Origin: a virus
Strand: one strand, 5' to 3'
IMG/VR virus record: IMGVR_UViG_3300018080_000105
Coordinates: 120,022-184,021 of that record
DNA length: 64,000 bases
The position numbers and the translations under genes were made by a program. Within the stretch, counting starts at the first letter, position 1. Every line of letters begins with the position of its first letter. Below are positions 8,945 through 19,688 of the stretch, piece after piece. The notes beneath the pieces are model-generated. The model saw only the letters and a program-made list of their open reading frames with translations. It did no database searches and had not been told where the DNA came from.

Positions 8945-10334
8945 GCTGACGTTTCCTTTTTGCAGGCCGACGACGCCGTCGTGGCGAGCCGGCAGGCTTC
9001 CAGTCCTCTGTAGCCCAGAGGCTGGCACTGACATCCCACCGGCCCAACTCGTGAGGTGCAAACTGGAAGAACTCTTCCGGAGCAGTCTCACAATCCATGG
9101 CCAGTGCCTGATTGATGCAGATGTTTGAGGCGAACAGCGGGTCACGAGGAGACAACGCGGCTTCCAGGAGATCCTGGTCCGTTGTGCCTGCCTCGATCAG
9201 CGGACGAGATTTGCGGAGCAGCTCTCGCATCGCCCGAACAGCATCGTCCGGTTGGATCGCGTTGACAGGGTCTTTGACCCGCACCACGATCGGCTTATCC
9301 CGATGACGCATTGCATCGAGCAACACTTCATCACTTGCCAGCTCGGCATAAGCTCCGAGCCATTCACGCATGGCGTCCATTACCACCTGAATCCGTGCTT
9401 CCGCTTCTCGCGGATTGCACAGTGTGCCAGACGAGTCGGCTGTCTGCGCATCGCAGCCAGTCTCGTTCGCGGCATCCAGGGCTTTCAGCGTCTCAGGGAG
9501 ATCGATTCCTTTGCTGCTGGAAACAGCACTGGATCGATTCTCGAAAGACAGGGTCTTCAGGTCACGCACGGGGTTGTAGGTATGCACCCCTTGCATTTCA
9601 CTGAAGTCTGTGAGCAGCTGATGTGCCTGCCCCTTGTCACCGAAGTATTCGGTGGGCAGCAGGTACAGATGCGTGTTGTTGATCCCTTCGCCAGGGGCCA
9701 ACCACTTGTCAGCCCACAGTTCGTGAGCCAGGGCGGGGAAATCCTCTGTGGGGATCCCCATCACTTTGTCCCGGGTTTCGCCGCTCTCCAGAATGTAGAG
9801 CGACCGCAGAGCCGGAGTGTCCGGACAGTCCAGATGGGCTGGATCCGGTACACCTGCCCAGTGCCGGGGCATCGTAGGAACTGCGCTCAAAGCCCACTGC
9901 TGCGTGGCAGCTTTGGCCAGTTCCCGGTCAAGTCCCAGACCCAGACGAGTCCACTCGCCGGCCGGGCGAGCTTTGGGATCAGTGACCGTTCCTTCGTCGC
10001 GAGGATCCAGCCGACGTCCGAACGCCCCCTTCTTCGGGTTCTGCTCGAAGTCATGGACCATGCGAATCTGGTCGTAACAAATCACGTTATCAACCACACG
10101 TGCGGTTACGCACCTCAGCTCAATCGACTCCCCGCGTTTGGCTCTCGGGTTGTCATGCCGTGACATGACCATCATGGACACCTTCCCAACAGGGAGGAGT
10201 GTCTCACCCCGAGTGTTCCAGGTCGCACCCCAGACGCCGCGCATAGCGGCACGCTGTTCGTCACTACGACGGACAACCTGGTAGTAGTGCTTCTGGGACA
10301 GATCTTCTTTTCTGGTACGGCTGCGGTTCGACAT
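8928..10334 (-). CDS. hypothetical protein (~468 aa)
   Basis: Long ORF; ATG at 10334 has a GGAG SD at 6 nt; no recognised motif. Confidence 0.8.
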   Translation of the reverse strand: MSNRSRTRKEDLSQKHYYQVVRRSDEQRAAMRGVWGATWNTRGETLLPVGKVSMMVMSRHDNPRAKRGESIELRCVTARVVDNVICYDQIRMVHDFEQNPKKGAFGRRLDPRDEGTVTDPKARPAGEWTRLGLGLDRELAKAATQQWALSAVPTMPRHWAGVPDPAHLDCPDTPALRSLYILESGETRDKVMGIPTEDFPALAHELWADKWLAPGEGINNTHLYLLPTEYFGDKGQAHQLLTDFSEMQGVHTYNPVRDLKTLSFENRSSAVSSSKGIDLPETLKALDAANETGCDAQTADSSGTLCNPREAEARIQVVMDAMREWLGAYAELASDEVLLDAMRHRDKPIVVRVKDPVNAIQPDDAVRAMRELLRKSRPLIEAGTTDQDLLEAALSPRDPLFASNICINQALAMDCETAPEEFFQFAPHELGRWDVSASLWATEDWKPAGSPRRRRRPAKRKRQHVESR

Positions 10335-10358
10335 CGTTGACTCCATAGTATGGGCCAT

Positions 10359-10389
10359 AAAAAAATCCATGAGCAGTCAAACTCATGGA
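10359..10389 (-). terminator. terminator-like hairpin directly upstream of gene 8928-10334
   Basis: TCCATGAG(10366-10373)/CTCATGGA(10382-10389) stem followed by T7 on the minus strand. Confidence 0.55.
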
Positions 10390-10447
10390 CGTCCACTTGG
10401 GACAGGAAGGGTGCAACTAAGTTGCGGTTCTTCTGCGGGCAATACGT

Positions 10448-10477
10448 AAAACAACCCCAGCTCGAAAGCTGGGGTTG
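10448..10477 (-). terminator. rho-independent terminator
   Basis: Perfect 11-bp stem CAACCCCAGCT/AGCTGGGGTTG with a TTCG loop, followed by TTTT on the minus strand. Confidence 0.7.
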
Positions 10478-10622
10478 CCGAAGCCCGGTCGCGGGGCGAC
10501 CAGTCTCATTGAATCGTGTGCGAGAGGATCAACATTTCATAGTAGAGCTCCTTGGGGTTACGAGAATCAATCTCTCACGTGGTAACACGTCGCATGTTAC
10601 ATGCCGCAAAACGGCAGTCAAT

Positions 10623-11402
10623 TTAGCTGCCAAACATCGGCGTATCTTCGCCACTGGTGGCGGCTGGCGGAGGTGGCGGAGGTACCGGTAAAGCTGCCTG
10701 CTCTGACCCAGGAGGGCCTTCCTCCTCGTCATCCACAACAGCTTCCAGTTCGGCTTCCTCAGACTCCTGTTCTGCCGCTTCCGGATCATCAAGCGGATCA
10801 CCCACCCAACCAAAAGTTGCAGTGCCCGCCTCTGACGGATCGGGAATATCGAACAACGGAATGTTTCCAAACGGCGTCGTCAGGAACTTGTTGACTCCCT
10901 CGGTAATGCCCAATTGAGCTCCAAGAAACGGGAACAGGCAAACGTCCTGCCCGATCAACTCTTTGATCCGTGAAACCAATCCTTCCACAGTAGCGAACCG
11001 CTCACACGTCGGCCACTGATCATCAAACAACACAACCAGCAGAAACTCCTGCCCAGCCGCCCGACTATGATTAGCAACCTGTGCGATCAATGACTGTGTC
11101 GCGGCGTCCGCAATCGGCGTAGGGGCCGGTTGCACAGGTTGTTGACAAGGGGCGGGCGAGCCAGAGGGCAGCGTGGCAGAATCCGCAGGCACGGACTGCG
11201 GTCTTCGCCGAGGTGGGCGTCGCGGAGGTGGCGGAGGGGGCGCTGCGCCTTGCTCCTGCGACGAGTCGCCGTCGTCATCCAGCCCGCCCGCTGTACCGGT
11301 CCGCGGAGCCGCCGCAATGGCCCCCTCTGCAGGGAGTGCCGGCGCCGGTATCCTCTCGACCTGTATCGCTGTTGTGTCCGATTCATTCTGTTCCGTTGTC
11401 AT
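10623..11402 (-). CDS. hypothetical protein, Pro-rich/acidic termini
   Basis: ATG at 11402 (MTTEQNE) with an AGGAGG SD; folded-looking core FLLVVLFDD...FPFLG flanked by low-complexity sequence. Confidence 0.75.
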   Translation of the reverse strand: MTTEQNESDTTAIQVERIPAPALPAEGAIAAAPRTGTAGGLDDDGDSSQEQGAAPPPPPPRRPPRRRPQSVPADSATLPSGSPAPCQQPVQPAPTPIADAATQSLIAQVANHSRAAGQEFLLVVLFDDQWPTCERFATVEGLVSRIKELIGQDVCLFPFLGAQLGITEGVNKFLTTPFGNIPLFDIPDPSEAGTATFGWVGDPLDDPEAAEQESEEAELEAVVDDEEEGPPGSEQAALPVPPPPPPAATSGEDTPMFGS

Positions 11403-11667
11403 CTGCTGGTCCCTCCTGGTACAGCACAACCAATCCAAAGGTCAGGCACTTCAGCTGCAAACGATCTTCCACGCTGCCGTGCCACTGTGTGTGCATGCCC
11501 AGTTGCCCGGGATGAACGATCACATTGCCAGTCTGCTCCACCCACTTATCAATCTGGGCGTCGAGTTCCTCGGAGTTCGGACCTTCTTCGATCCGTTCCG
11601 CAAAGGAACCATCTTCCTGACGTTCAAACCAACGATTCTGCGTAAAGGTCTTGGTGCGGATCATCAC
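11383..11667 (-). CDS. hypothetical protein
   Basis: 94 aa; ATGA overlap with the upstream gene. Confidence 0.7.
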   Translation of the reverse strand: MMIRTKTFTQNRWFERQEDGSFAERIEEGPNSEELDAQIDKWVEQTGNVIVHPGQLGMHTQWHGSVEDRLQLKCLTFGLVVLYQEGPADDNGTE

Positions 11668-12038
11668 TCGTTTCCTGAAATAGGCGGATGACTTACGGGG
11701 TCAGTTTGATTCGCGTCCACGTGGCCGCGATCGGGATCTGAATCAATTAACGAATGCACGTGGTGGTCCGGCCCTGTGCCCGGCTGAATGGGCGAGTCAG
11801 TGGGCTTGTCGAAATCGAAAGCGGTCGCCTCCGCATTCAACATACGCACACTGAGCGCCCCTGTCTCAGTGTTTACGTTCAATACGCCACACACTTGTTT
11901 ACCGCCGTCGCCCACGATGCGGACGTACGCAACCGGTGTCACTTTCTTCGTGCCACGGGGAACTACTGTCAGCGAGGTATCATCGCCGGACGACATCATG
12001 GCCTCGACAGGGCCAGGGGCTTCCAAAACTACCTGCAC
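11664..12038 (-). CDS. hypothetical protein
   Basis: 124 aa, GTG start with a GAGGAG SD. Confidence 0.7.
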   Translation of the reverse strand: MQVVLEAPGPVEAMMSSGDDTSLTVVPRGTKKVTPVAYVRIVGDGGKQVCGVLNVNTETGALSVRMLNAEATAFDFDKPTDSPIQPGTGPDHHVHSLIDSDPDRGHVDANQTDPVSHPPISGNE

Positions 12039-12040
12039 TT

Positions 12041-12733
12041 CTATTCTCCTCTGCTTGGGGTAAACAACCTCCTGGACTCTTCCAGGATAGCTGCGTCCGG
12101 ATCTACTTTCACCAGCTTGGGAAGATTCGGATATTGCACTTCGAGAAGGTAAGCCGTCTCTCGATTCGATGATACGCCGAAAACCGTAACTGGGACTTTC
12201 ATGTCCTTTGTGATCACGGTTGCTTTCTTCAAAGCAAAGATGTCTGGGATGGTGGTTTCATAATAGAGAATACGGGCATAGTACGACAACTCCTGACTCA
12301 CAATACCGATGCCGGCGATCGTATCACGGAGAAGTTCCCACCGATCTTTCACGATGGCGTACAGTCGGCAGTCATAGTTAATGACGTCCTGCCCCACCAG
12401 TCCTGTGCCCAGCCCCCGGAAGAATGGTTCCTGAGAATCAATCACCACCGGCCAGAGTTCCTGCTCATCAGTGGGGTGTTGTCTTTGGAACTCCACCACA
12501 GGGTCGCGATCGAACGGCGTGGTGGCGCTAATCACAGCTGGCGTGAAGAACACATAATCGTCCAGCATATCAGTCAACGTGCTGGTTTGCTTCTTCTCCG
12601 GCTGCGGGAGATCGTCCGGAGAACCCGCGTCATGCGTTTCTGACGTGATAGGTTTACCGACACGGTCGAACTCCGATTCATCGTAGTCCGCCATCAAATC
12701 CCGCGTCGTGATATCGAATCGCGGGTCAGTCAT
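12041..12733 (-). CDS. hypothetical protein
   Basis: ATG at 12733 (MTDPRFD) overlaps the end of gene 12726-13133. Confidence 0.75.
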   Translation of the reverse strand: MTDPRFDITTRDLMADYDESEFDRVGKPITSETHDAGSPDDLPQPEKKQTSTLTDMLDDYVFFTPAVISATTPFDRDPVVEFQRQHPTDEQELWPVVIDSQEPFFRGLGTGLVGQDVINYDCRLYAIVKDRWELLRDTIAGIGIVSQELSYYARILYYETTIPDIFALKKATVITKDMKVPVTVFGVSSNRETAYLLEVQYPNLPKLVKVDPDAAILEESRRLFTPSRGE

Positions 12734-13133
12734 CTGTAGCCGGTTCCTCTTCCGGAGTTCCATCCGCAGCTCTGCGTGCTGCCTCCAGCTCCATCTGACA
12801 GAAAATGTCAACCACAGGCAGAACAGATTCCAGGACCTGTTTTCGCAGCTCTGCAGCAGGCGTCGGCGTCTGAGCCGCGTAGCCCTCGGCAGACCTGCCG
12901 AGGACTTTCTCGACCATATCGGGGTTAGTGACTTCCCAGCCGTTTTGCAGCTCCACATGGATCCCATTACGAACCATGAGGAACAACTGCCGAGCGATCA
13001 CGTCCACCTGAAACAAATGATGCAGAATTGGGCTCTCTTTCAACAGAAGTTTGGCGTCCTCCGCCGCATCCTCCATTTCTTTCCGAGCCTGATCTGCTGC
13101 GCCTGCCCCGCCAATGATCGGTACGTTTTGCAC
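12726..13133 (-). CDS. hypothetical protein
   Basis: 135 aa, operon-coupled. Confidence 0.7.
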   Translation of the reverse strand: MQNVPIIGGAGAADQARKEMEDAAEDAKLLLKESPILHHLFQVDVIARQLFLMVRNGIHVELQNGWEVTNPDMVEKVLGRSAEGYAAQTPTPAAELRKQVLESVLPVVDIFCQMELEAARRAADGTPEEEPATDD

Positions 13134-13142
13134 TGCCGTCTC

Positions 13143-13999
<857 letters not shown>

Positions 14000-14000
<1 letters not shown>

Positions 14001-14653
14001 CAGATTCCTTCCGAATAATTCTGGACGGCCATGTGACAGAGCCACATGGAATCCGCAATGTTGTCAACGCCTGTGCTCTCGTAATCCTCGGTCTCAAACT
14101 CAGTCCCGTGGGTCGCGTTGCAGGCTTTAATCATATCGACCTTGTTGGCATTACCTTTCCCGGTCGCAAACTTCTTGATTGTTCCGATCGGGATCGCCTG
14201 GCAGGGAATGTTTCGTTCCTCTGCCCATGTCACCAGAATGGCACACAAACCCTGCACCACCTGCGCCCCTGTCACTGCGCGAGCGACAATGGCCTGAATG
14301 TTGTTTCGCATCCCTGGCGGCACCGCCCCGGTGAACTTCACTTCTTCGTAGAAGATCAGATCCGGTTCAATCACCTCCAGGAACTTCTTTAACCGCACAT
14401 AACGAATCGATTGCGTATCGTGCGTCCCGACGCTCAGGTCCCACTGCCCCCCAATGATCGGCGCGTCCGTCACCGGCTGCCCCGGCACAATGTCGCAATA
14501 CGACACCCCGCAGGAACTAGCCAAATCGAGACCAACGAGACGCCGATAGTCGGGCTCAATACGCGAAAGAGCCCTCGCGTAAACACGAGGGTCTTTAGTC
14601 AGGGCCAGCTTACCGGTCGGCAACTGGAGCGGTTCCTTCTTCGACTTTGCCAT
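14000..14653 (-). CDS. ruvC: RuvC-like Holliday junction resolvase
   Basis: LVGLDLASS, IFYEEV, IPIGTIKKFATGKGNANKVDM, DNIADS: the four acidic catalytic positions are present. Confidence 0.88.
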
Positions 14654-15447
14654 TAGGCGGCCACCTGCACATCAAACAATTCAGAAGGCTCACCATTGAC
14701 ATGCCGAAGCATCTCTTTGAACGTCTGCAACATGTGATGCCCCAATAGGCAGTCAAACACAGCTGTATGCCCCGCCTCGGGGTTCAGCCCGAACCGTTCA
14801 CTCAGCTGGTACTTGCCATCACAGTGATTCTGCAGACTCCACTTCACGCCCCTAATGCGACGACCGTTCACACTGTTGAACCAAGTATCCAGGTCATCAC
14901 TTGGATGCGGTACCAGCTGTGCCTGGATGGCTTTCTCCACCAGCCCGGTGTCGATAACCCGTCCATGTGCCCACGGCAACGCGTAACCCTGCAGATACAG
15001 TTCCGTATGCCGGTCGATCATCGGGCGGTCGAACGAACGAAACCCATGACCGATGATGGCGGTGTCACTGTTTATCAAGTGCTCGTAGATCATGTTCGAG
15101 AACTTGTGCAGCACACCACAAGGTTCTTTGCCGTCTCGTAGCAACCGCTCCCACGAGTAGTAGAGCGGGCGGCCCTCTTTGCCGTATGACTCAGCCAGCC
15201 GGCCTAATCGCTCCCGCACGTATTCGTCCGATACATCAGGATGCTGCGACCAGTCCAGCTCTTCGTTTCCATAGTCCACGATCTCGTTGTTTGCCACTTT
15301 GACAAAGCCAAGATCCAGAATGAAGTCACCCCCATCCCGTTTGAACCCAGTGGTCTCGCAATCGATCACCAGGTAGTCGTCCGGCAGGCGTAGCAATGGT
15401 GAAATTGCCTGCATGGTATCCAGCTCATGCTGGGCGACTTTGATCAC
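14653..15447 (-). CDS. DEDDh 3'-5' exonuclease (DnaQ-like)
   Basis: ExoI VIDCETTG, ExoII IIGHG..FD, ExoIII HTAVFDC; GTG at 15447 overlaps the upstream stop. Confidence 0.88.
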   Translation of the reverse strand: MIKVAQHELDTMQAISPLLRLPDDYLVIDCETTGFKRDGGDFILDLGFVKVANNEIVDYGNEELDWSQHPDVSDEYVRERLGRLAESYGKEGRPLYYSWERLLRDGKEPCGVLHKFSNMIYEHLINSDTAIIGHGFRSFDRPMIDRHTELYLQGYALPWAHGRVIDTGLVEKAIQAQLVPHPSDDLDTWFNSVNGRRIRGVKWSLQNHCDGKYQLSERFGLNPEAGHTAVFDCLLGHHMLQTFKEMLRHVNGEPSELFDVQVAA

Positions 15448-16238
15448 AGTTTTCTCCCTGTGTAAATATAGAACGCCAGCTTCACGGCCATCCAAAGACG
15501 GCGAAGCCAGCCTGCTTCTCGCAATTCCTTGATGTACGCACGAAGACCATACAGCTTCTCCAATTTCGCTGCGTCGGCCTTGGCTACCTCTCGCACGACT
15601 TCAAGCTGATTCTCCAGCTTGCCCTTCTGCTCTTTCAGGTTATTCACCTGATCAGCAGTCGTCGTGACCAACTTACGCGCATCTTCGGTAGACTGCGTCA
15701 GCACTCGCTGCAGCTCTTCCACCTCCGCACGTAGTCGGTATTCCGTGTCATCGTCAAGCTCTTTCGATTCGTGGCCGCTCAGCCTGGCAGCAGTAGCGCG
15801 GCCTGCCGCAATCATGCTGGTGAAGTCAGCGTGAATGTGTGAAGGCTGCCCTCGCATCGTGACATCTCGCAATGCCACGAAGAAGCCACCCATGACCACC
15901 ACACCCACACGCTCAAAGAACGCTATGCGAGCCAGCGGATGCAAGTCATGTCCTTCCGCAGCCTTGGCAAGCGCGAATGCCGGCGTATCCACTTCTGCAT
16001 CACGCACGTACAGCCGGTGCGCCTCAGTCAATACCGCAACTGTTACGCTAACCTGTTCCTGCGTGACACCTGCAGCTTCCAACATGCTCTTCATCGGCTC
16101 GGCCCAGTTATCCTGGTCAAGACCGGCGAAGACTTCACGCATCATCGGAACGTAGATGTTGACCAGGTCTCGCTGGGGAGCATAAACCATGGCGTTGGGG
16201 TCATCCCCCGGACGTACTTGTTGAAGGGATCTCTTCAC
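15444..16238 (-). CDS. hypothetical protein with C-terminal coiled coil
   Basis: GTG at 16238 with a GGAG SD (alternative ATG at 16190); heptad-like C-terminal segment. Confidence 0.7.
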   Translation of the reverse strand: MKRSLQQVRPGDDPNAMVYAPQRDLVNIYVPMMREVFAGLDQDNWAEPMKSMLEAAGVTQEQVSVTVAVLTEAHRLYVRDAEVDTPAFALAKAAEGHDLHPLARIAFFERVGVVVMGGFFVALRDVTMRGQPSHIHADFTSMIAAGRATAARLSGHESKELDDDTEYRLRAEVEELQRVLTQSTEDARKLVTTTADQVNNLKEQKGKLENQLEVVREVAKADAAKLEKLYGLRAYIKELREAGWLRRLWMAVKLAFYIYTGRKL

Positions 16239-17280
16239 GTGTAATCTCCACAACGATCAGTTCGATGGCCATCCGCCCCTGCACTGGTCGCAGGGTACCG
16301 ACTTTAATTGTCGGAGCACCACCTGGGAAAAACTCTTCATCACGGCGAATCCATTCCGCCGCAGCTGACTGCTGTTTGTCGCGCAAGTTACTGAGTGCGT
16401 GTGACACATACCGGCCATCGTACTCAATCGTCTTCTCGACTGATGTCACCACATGGGTGTCAGCAGCCATCTCTACCTCAGCTGTAGGCGGCAGTGCTTC
16501 CGAGGGGAATCCCTGCTCCGGCTCCAGCATCGTAATCGTTAGTTCGTCTGCCGGAGGGTCGGCGGCATTGTACAGCGCTTCAATGTCAGCCTGCTCGATC
16601 TCGTCGTCGTCGAATTCCAGCGACAGATCTTCACCGAGTTCGTCATTGTCCAGGTCCAGTTCTTCCGGAGCCTGGAAACCTGCCCGCACCACTTCCGGAG
16701 GAACCTCCACAGGCACTACCTCAACCGGCGGCGGTAGTTCGTACGATTCACCTGTACTGTCTTCTTCCACTTCATCAGTCGACGCAAAACCGTCTTCTCC
16801 TCGGACAGTCGCAGGCAACACATCCACGACCGGGAACTCTGCCTCAGCGCGTTCCTGGAAGATCACTTGCACGATCTTATCCCCGGGCTCAAAAGTTCTG
16901 GCTTCCTGTGACAAGTTTGTCACACCCACCAGTATCTCGCCACGGTAATCGGCATCAAGCACACCGCCAGTACGGTGGACCTTCTGCACTACCCCCAGAC
17001 CGCTACGATCCCACAGCAACCCGACGTAGTTATCATCGATCGCCATCCGTATGCCCGTGCGGAACACACAAGACTCGTTAGGCTGCAGCGTGATCATCCC
17101 TTGGACACTGAACCGCAACCAATCGATTACCCACTCGTCAGGGTAATCATGCGTCGCAATACCCTCGATACCTGAAACGCAATAGAGATCATGCCCTGCT
17201 GCGCTCTCAGAGCCCCGTGTGGGTACTTTGGCTTCGGGATGGCAAAGGACCACGGGACATTGAATCTGCTGAACCATCAA
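16201..17280 (-). CDS. dut: trimeric dUTPase with long acidic C-terminal extension
   Basis: Motifs AGHDL, DRSGL, GVLDADYRGE, DKIVQ, RGEDGFAST, followed by ~190 extra residues. Confidence 0.92.
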   Translation of the reverse strand: MMVQQIQCPVVLCHPEAKVPTRGSESAAGHDLYCVSGIEGIATHDYPDEWVIDWLRFSVQGMITLQPNESCVFRTGIRMAIDDNYVGLLWDRSGLGVVQKVHRTGGVLDADYRGEILVGVTNLSQEARTFEPGDKIVQVIFQERAEAEFPVVDVLPATVRGEDGFASTDEVEEDSTGESYELPPPVEVVPVEVPPEVVRAGFQAPEELDLDNDELGEDLSLEFDDDEIEQADIEALYNAADPPADELTITMLEPEQGFPSEALPPTAEVEMAADTHVVTSVEKTIEYDGRYVSHALSNLRDKQQSAAAEWIRRDEEFFPGGAPTIKVGTLRPVQGRMAIELIVVEITREEIPSTSTSGG

Positions 17281-17293
17281 ATCACCTTTCGTC

Positions 17294-17308
17294 GGTTCTT
17301 ATTTACCG
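17294..17308 (-). promoter_or_regulatory. recurrent motif, 1-mismatch copy (CGGTAAATAAGAACC)
   Basis: Lies upstream of dut; matches the motif at 40405, 48366, 50687 and 63402. Confidence 0.5.
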
Positions 17309-17788
17309 CGGCTCTTTAGCCGGGCGTATCATTTCTTCACGGGCCTCTTCGTCCGCCAGCAGGTATTCCTGGACGGCGACTTTGTAGGCCTCGACATCCT
17401 CCTCAGAGTAGGAGGCCTCGTTCGCAGTTGTGATGCGGTTGCCTGTCTTCATGTAGGCATGCACCTGTTCAGGTGAAATGCCCGCGTCCAGCATTGCGGA
17501 CGCAGCAGCATTCCGCGGGTTAGTCACTGTCTTCGGCGAACTCAGCTCAGCCCCCTCCAACTGGGGCACAGGGCGGGGCCGACGATGTGGTTTGGTATTG
17601 TTCGCCGTTTGCATCTTCAGCAGACAGCACTTCTTGTACTTCTTCCCGGAGCCACAAGGACAGGGGTCATTACGACCAACCTTAACGCCGCGGCTATAGT
17701 GGATCCGAGGAACGTCCCGTGCTGTGATGGGCGGCCCTGTGGCGACTCGTTTCTTTTTCGGACGCTGCGACTGCTGGTTCTTCTGCAC
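17303..17788 (-). CDS. SEC-C motif protein
   Basis: [20 protein letters not shown] is a canonical SEC-C metal-binding motif. Confidence 0.9.
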   Translation of the reverse strand: MQKNQQSQRPKKKRVATGPPITARDVPRIHYSRGVKVGRNDPCPCGSGKKYKKCCLLKMQTANNTKPHRRPRPVPQLEGAELSSPKTVTNPRNAAASAMLDAGISPEQVHAYMKTGNRITTANEASYSEEDVEAYKVAVQEYLLADEEAREEMIRPAKEPR

Positions 17789-18290
17789 AGATCTGTTCCT
17801 TCAGTAACTGCTGGACGAAATCCATCAATGTCGGGTAATCGTCAGGGACGTGAGCATAATGCAGACCCACCCGATTTGCAAACTCCCGATCACAGGCGGA
17901 ATTCCCTACCATCCAGCTATGGTTGTGGCAACCTCCTGGGAAATACTGCAAAACCTGCGTCCGCAGCCCAGTCATCGGCTTCCGGCACCCGCACTCGTCC
18001 CCGGGCGCGTGAGGACAGTAAAACGTAGGGGGCCAGCAATACACTTTCTGTGACCAATTCAGGTGCATAGCTGCCTGCGCATGGACGTAGTGAAGCTGAA
18101 CCTCAGTCATCATACCCCGCCCGACCGCCGACTGATTAGTCACAATCACCGGCTGATAGGCAGAACGATGCAGCAGTGCGAGGGCCTCGGGAGCGCCCTC
18201 GCACCAGTGCCACTGCTTCGCAAAATCTGTCAGATAACCAACATCTTCGTTGATGACACCATCGCGGTCCAGAAAAACAAACTTACGCAC
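17694..18290 (-). CDS. gmhB: D,D-heptose 1,7-bisphosphate phosphatase (GmhB-like HAD)
   Basis: [22 protein letters not shown]...C.CRKP, WMVGN..CD; GTG at 18290. Confidence 0.88.
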   Translation of the reverse strand: MRKFVFLDRDGVINEDVGYLTDFAKQWHWCEGAPEALALLHRSAYQPVIVTNQSAVGRGMMTEVQLHYVHAQAAMHLNWSQKVYCWPPTFYCPHAPGDECGCRKPMTGLRTQVLQYFPGGCHNHSWMVGNSACDREFANRVGLHYAHVPDDYPTLMDFVQQLLKEQICAEEPAVAASEKETSRHRAAHHSTGRSSDPL

Positions 18291-18642
18291 TGGTCGCCCT
18301 TTCGAGCGGAGACTGAACCAGCCGCCAAACACGGGCTGGTCTTGCATGTGTACCTTCAGGCAAAAATCTGACAAATTCCCACAGATCCTTGTCCTGAAAA
18401 ACCGCACCCATAAATCGCTTATCGACCACAGCCAGGTCGGCCGCGATCGCCGGGTGCATCCCCATGACAGCCAGCACCCGAGGCCCGGTCACCTCACCAT
18501 CCTGCATTGCAAGATGGTAGGCGACATATTTGGCCTCTGAGATCAACAACTGGCGAGTCGCCCGCAGGCGTGCCAACGCCTCATCACGAAGTCGGGCCTG
18601 TTCTTCCGGGTCGGGAAGATGTTGTGACGCATCTGTCATCAC
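18283..18642 (-). CDS. hypothetical protein
   Basis: 119 aa, ATGA-coupled to thyX. Confidence 0.7.
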   Translation of the reverse strand: MMTDASQHLPDPEEQARLRDEALARLRATRQLLISEAKYVAYHLAMQDGEVTGPRVLAVMGMHPAIAADLAVVDKRFMGAVFQDKDLWEFVRFLPEGTHARPARVWRLVQSPLERATSA

Positions 18643-19688
18643 ATTTCCTTAGTGAGGCCAAGGGCCACCAGCTTGTCCCAGCACTCGTCACGTTCACGAC
18701 ACCGGTCGAGATTCATCCACTCCTCCGGCTGTGCGTCTGTAAACTGAGCCCCATCACAAGGCAAGCTACCACTATTGGCTAGGTTTCCGATCACCTGCTG
18801 ATCCAGCGAGGTCAGCAGTGTCGCGTGCAATCTGTAATCACAGAAGGCTTCCCAGGTCAGCGGGAACAGCTCAGCAACAATGTCATTGCCGATGATGTCC
18901 GCGTACTCCCGAATCTCCTTCTGTGCATGAGAATCCATCCGCAGGCCAAGGAAGTGCAGCAGGTTGTGCAGGTCACACTTCCAGTATGCCTCGGTGAATG
19001 TGGACAGCGGTAGGTCCTTGCGGGCCTGCTCTTTCGCCACACCGAAGTGCAACCGCTCGTTGTACACCTCCTGCGCACGGACGTGCAGTTCCTTCTCTTG
19101 CTTGGTGAGATACTCCCCTGGAGTCTCCACGCCATGCAACGCATGACAGTTCAACGCGTCTACTGGAGACTTCGTGACGTAGTAGCCGTCAAACGTCTCG
19201 TCCGGAAACTCAGTCACATTGTGACCGCTGCTGCCCTGCCGGTTGCTCTTGGACTGCAATCGCCAATCCCAGGGCTGCGTAGCCATTCGATCATCGATCG
19301 CCGGAGAATACCGTGTGCTGTACTCGTTGACACTGGCCGTTCGGTGACGAATCCACTGCCGCCACACGTCCATCGGGACGCGTACGTGTAGCTTCAGCTC
19401 CGCAAACTCGACCGGCGTGCTGTGCCGGTGTCGCATCAAGTACCGCAACAAGTTCCTGTCTGAGCCAAGCGCTCGACCCTCGGACTGAGCGGTTAAGCGG
19501 GCAGCTTCTACGATGGCCGCGTCGTCGCCCATCACGTCCACCACTTTGATGAAACCCTGGCCACCGAACACCTCAAACGTCTGCTCACGAAGCGCCCAGA
19601 GCTTCTCCAGCCGCTGCAGGTCATTCTGTTTCCTCTGATCCTCCGCACAAAGTTCGCTCTCGTACAGTTCCTGTAATCCAGCTGTCAT
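18639..19688 (-). CDS. thyX: flavin-dependent thymidylate synthase
   Basis: RHRHSTPVEF and the ThyX motif RQWIRHRTASVNEYSTRY; AKEQARKDLP; HNLLHFLGLR...HAQKEIR. Confidence 0.95.
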   Translation of the reverse strand: MTAGLQELYESELCAEDQRKQNDLQRLEKLWALREQTFEVFGGQGFIKVVDVMGDDAAIVEAARLTAQSEGRALGSDRNLLRYLMRHRHSTPVEFAELKLHVRVPMDVWRQWIRHRTASVNEYSTRYSPAIDDRMATQPWDWRLQSKSNRQGSSGHNVTEFPDETFDGYYVTKSPVDALNCHALHGVETPGEYLTKQEKELHVRAQEVYNERLHFGVAKEQARKDLPLSTFTEAYWKCDLHNLLHFLGLRMDSHAQKEIREYADIIGNDIVAELFPLTWEAFCDYRLHATLLTSLDQQVIGNLANSGSLPCDGAQFTDAQPEEWMNLDRCRERDECWDKLVALGLTKEM

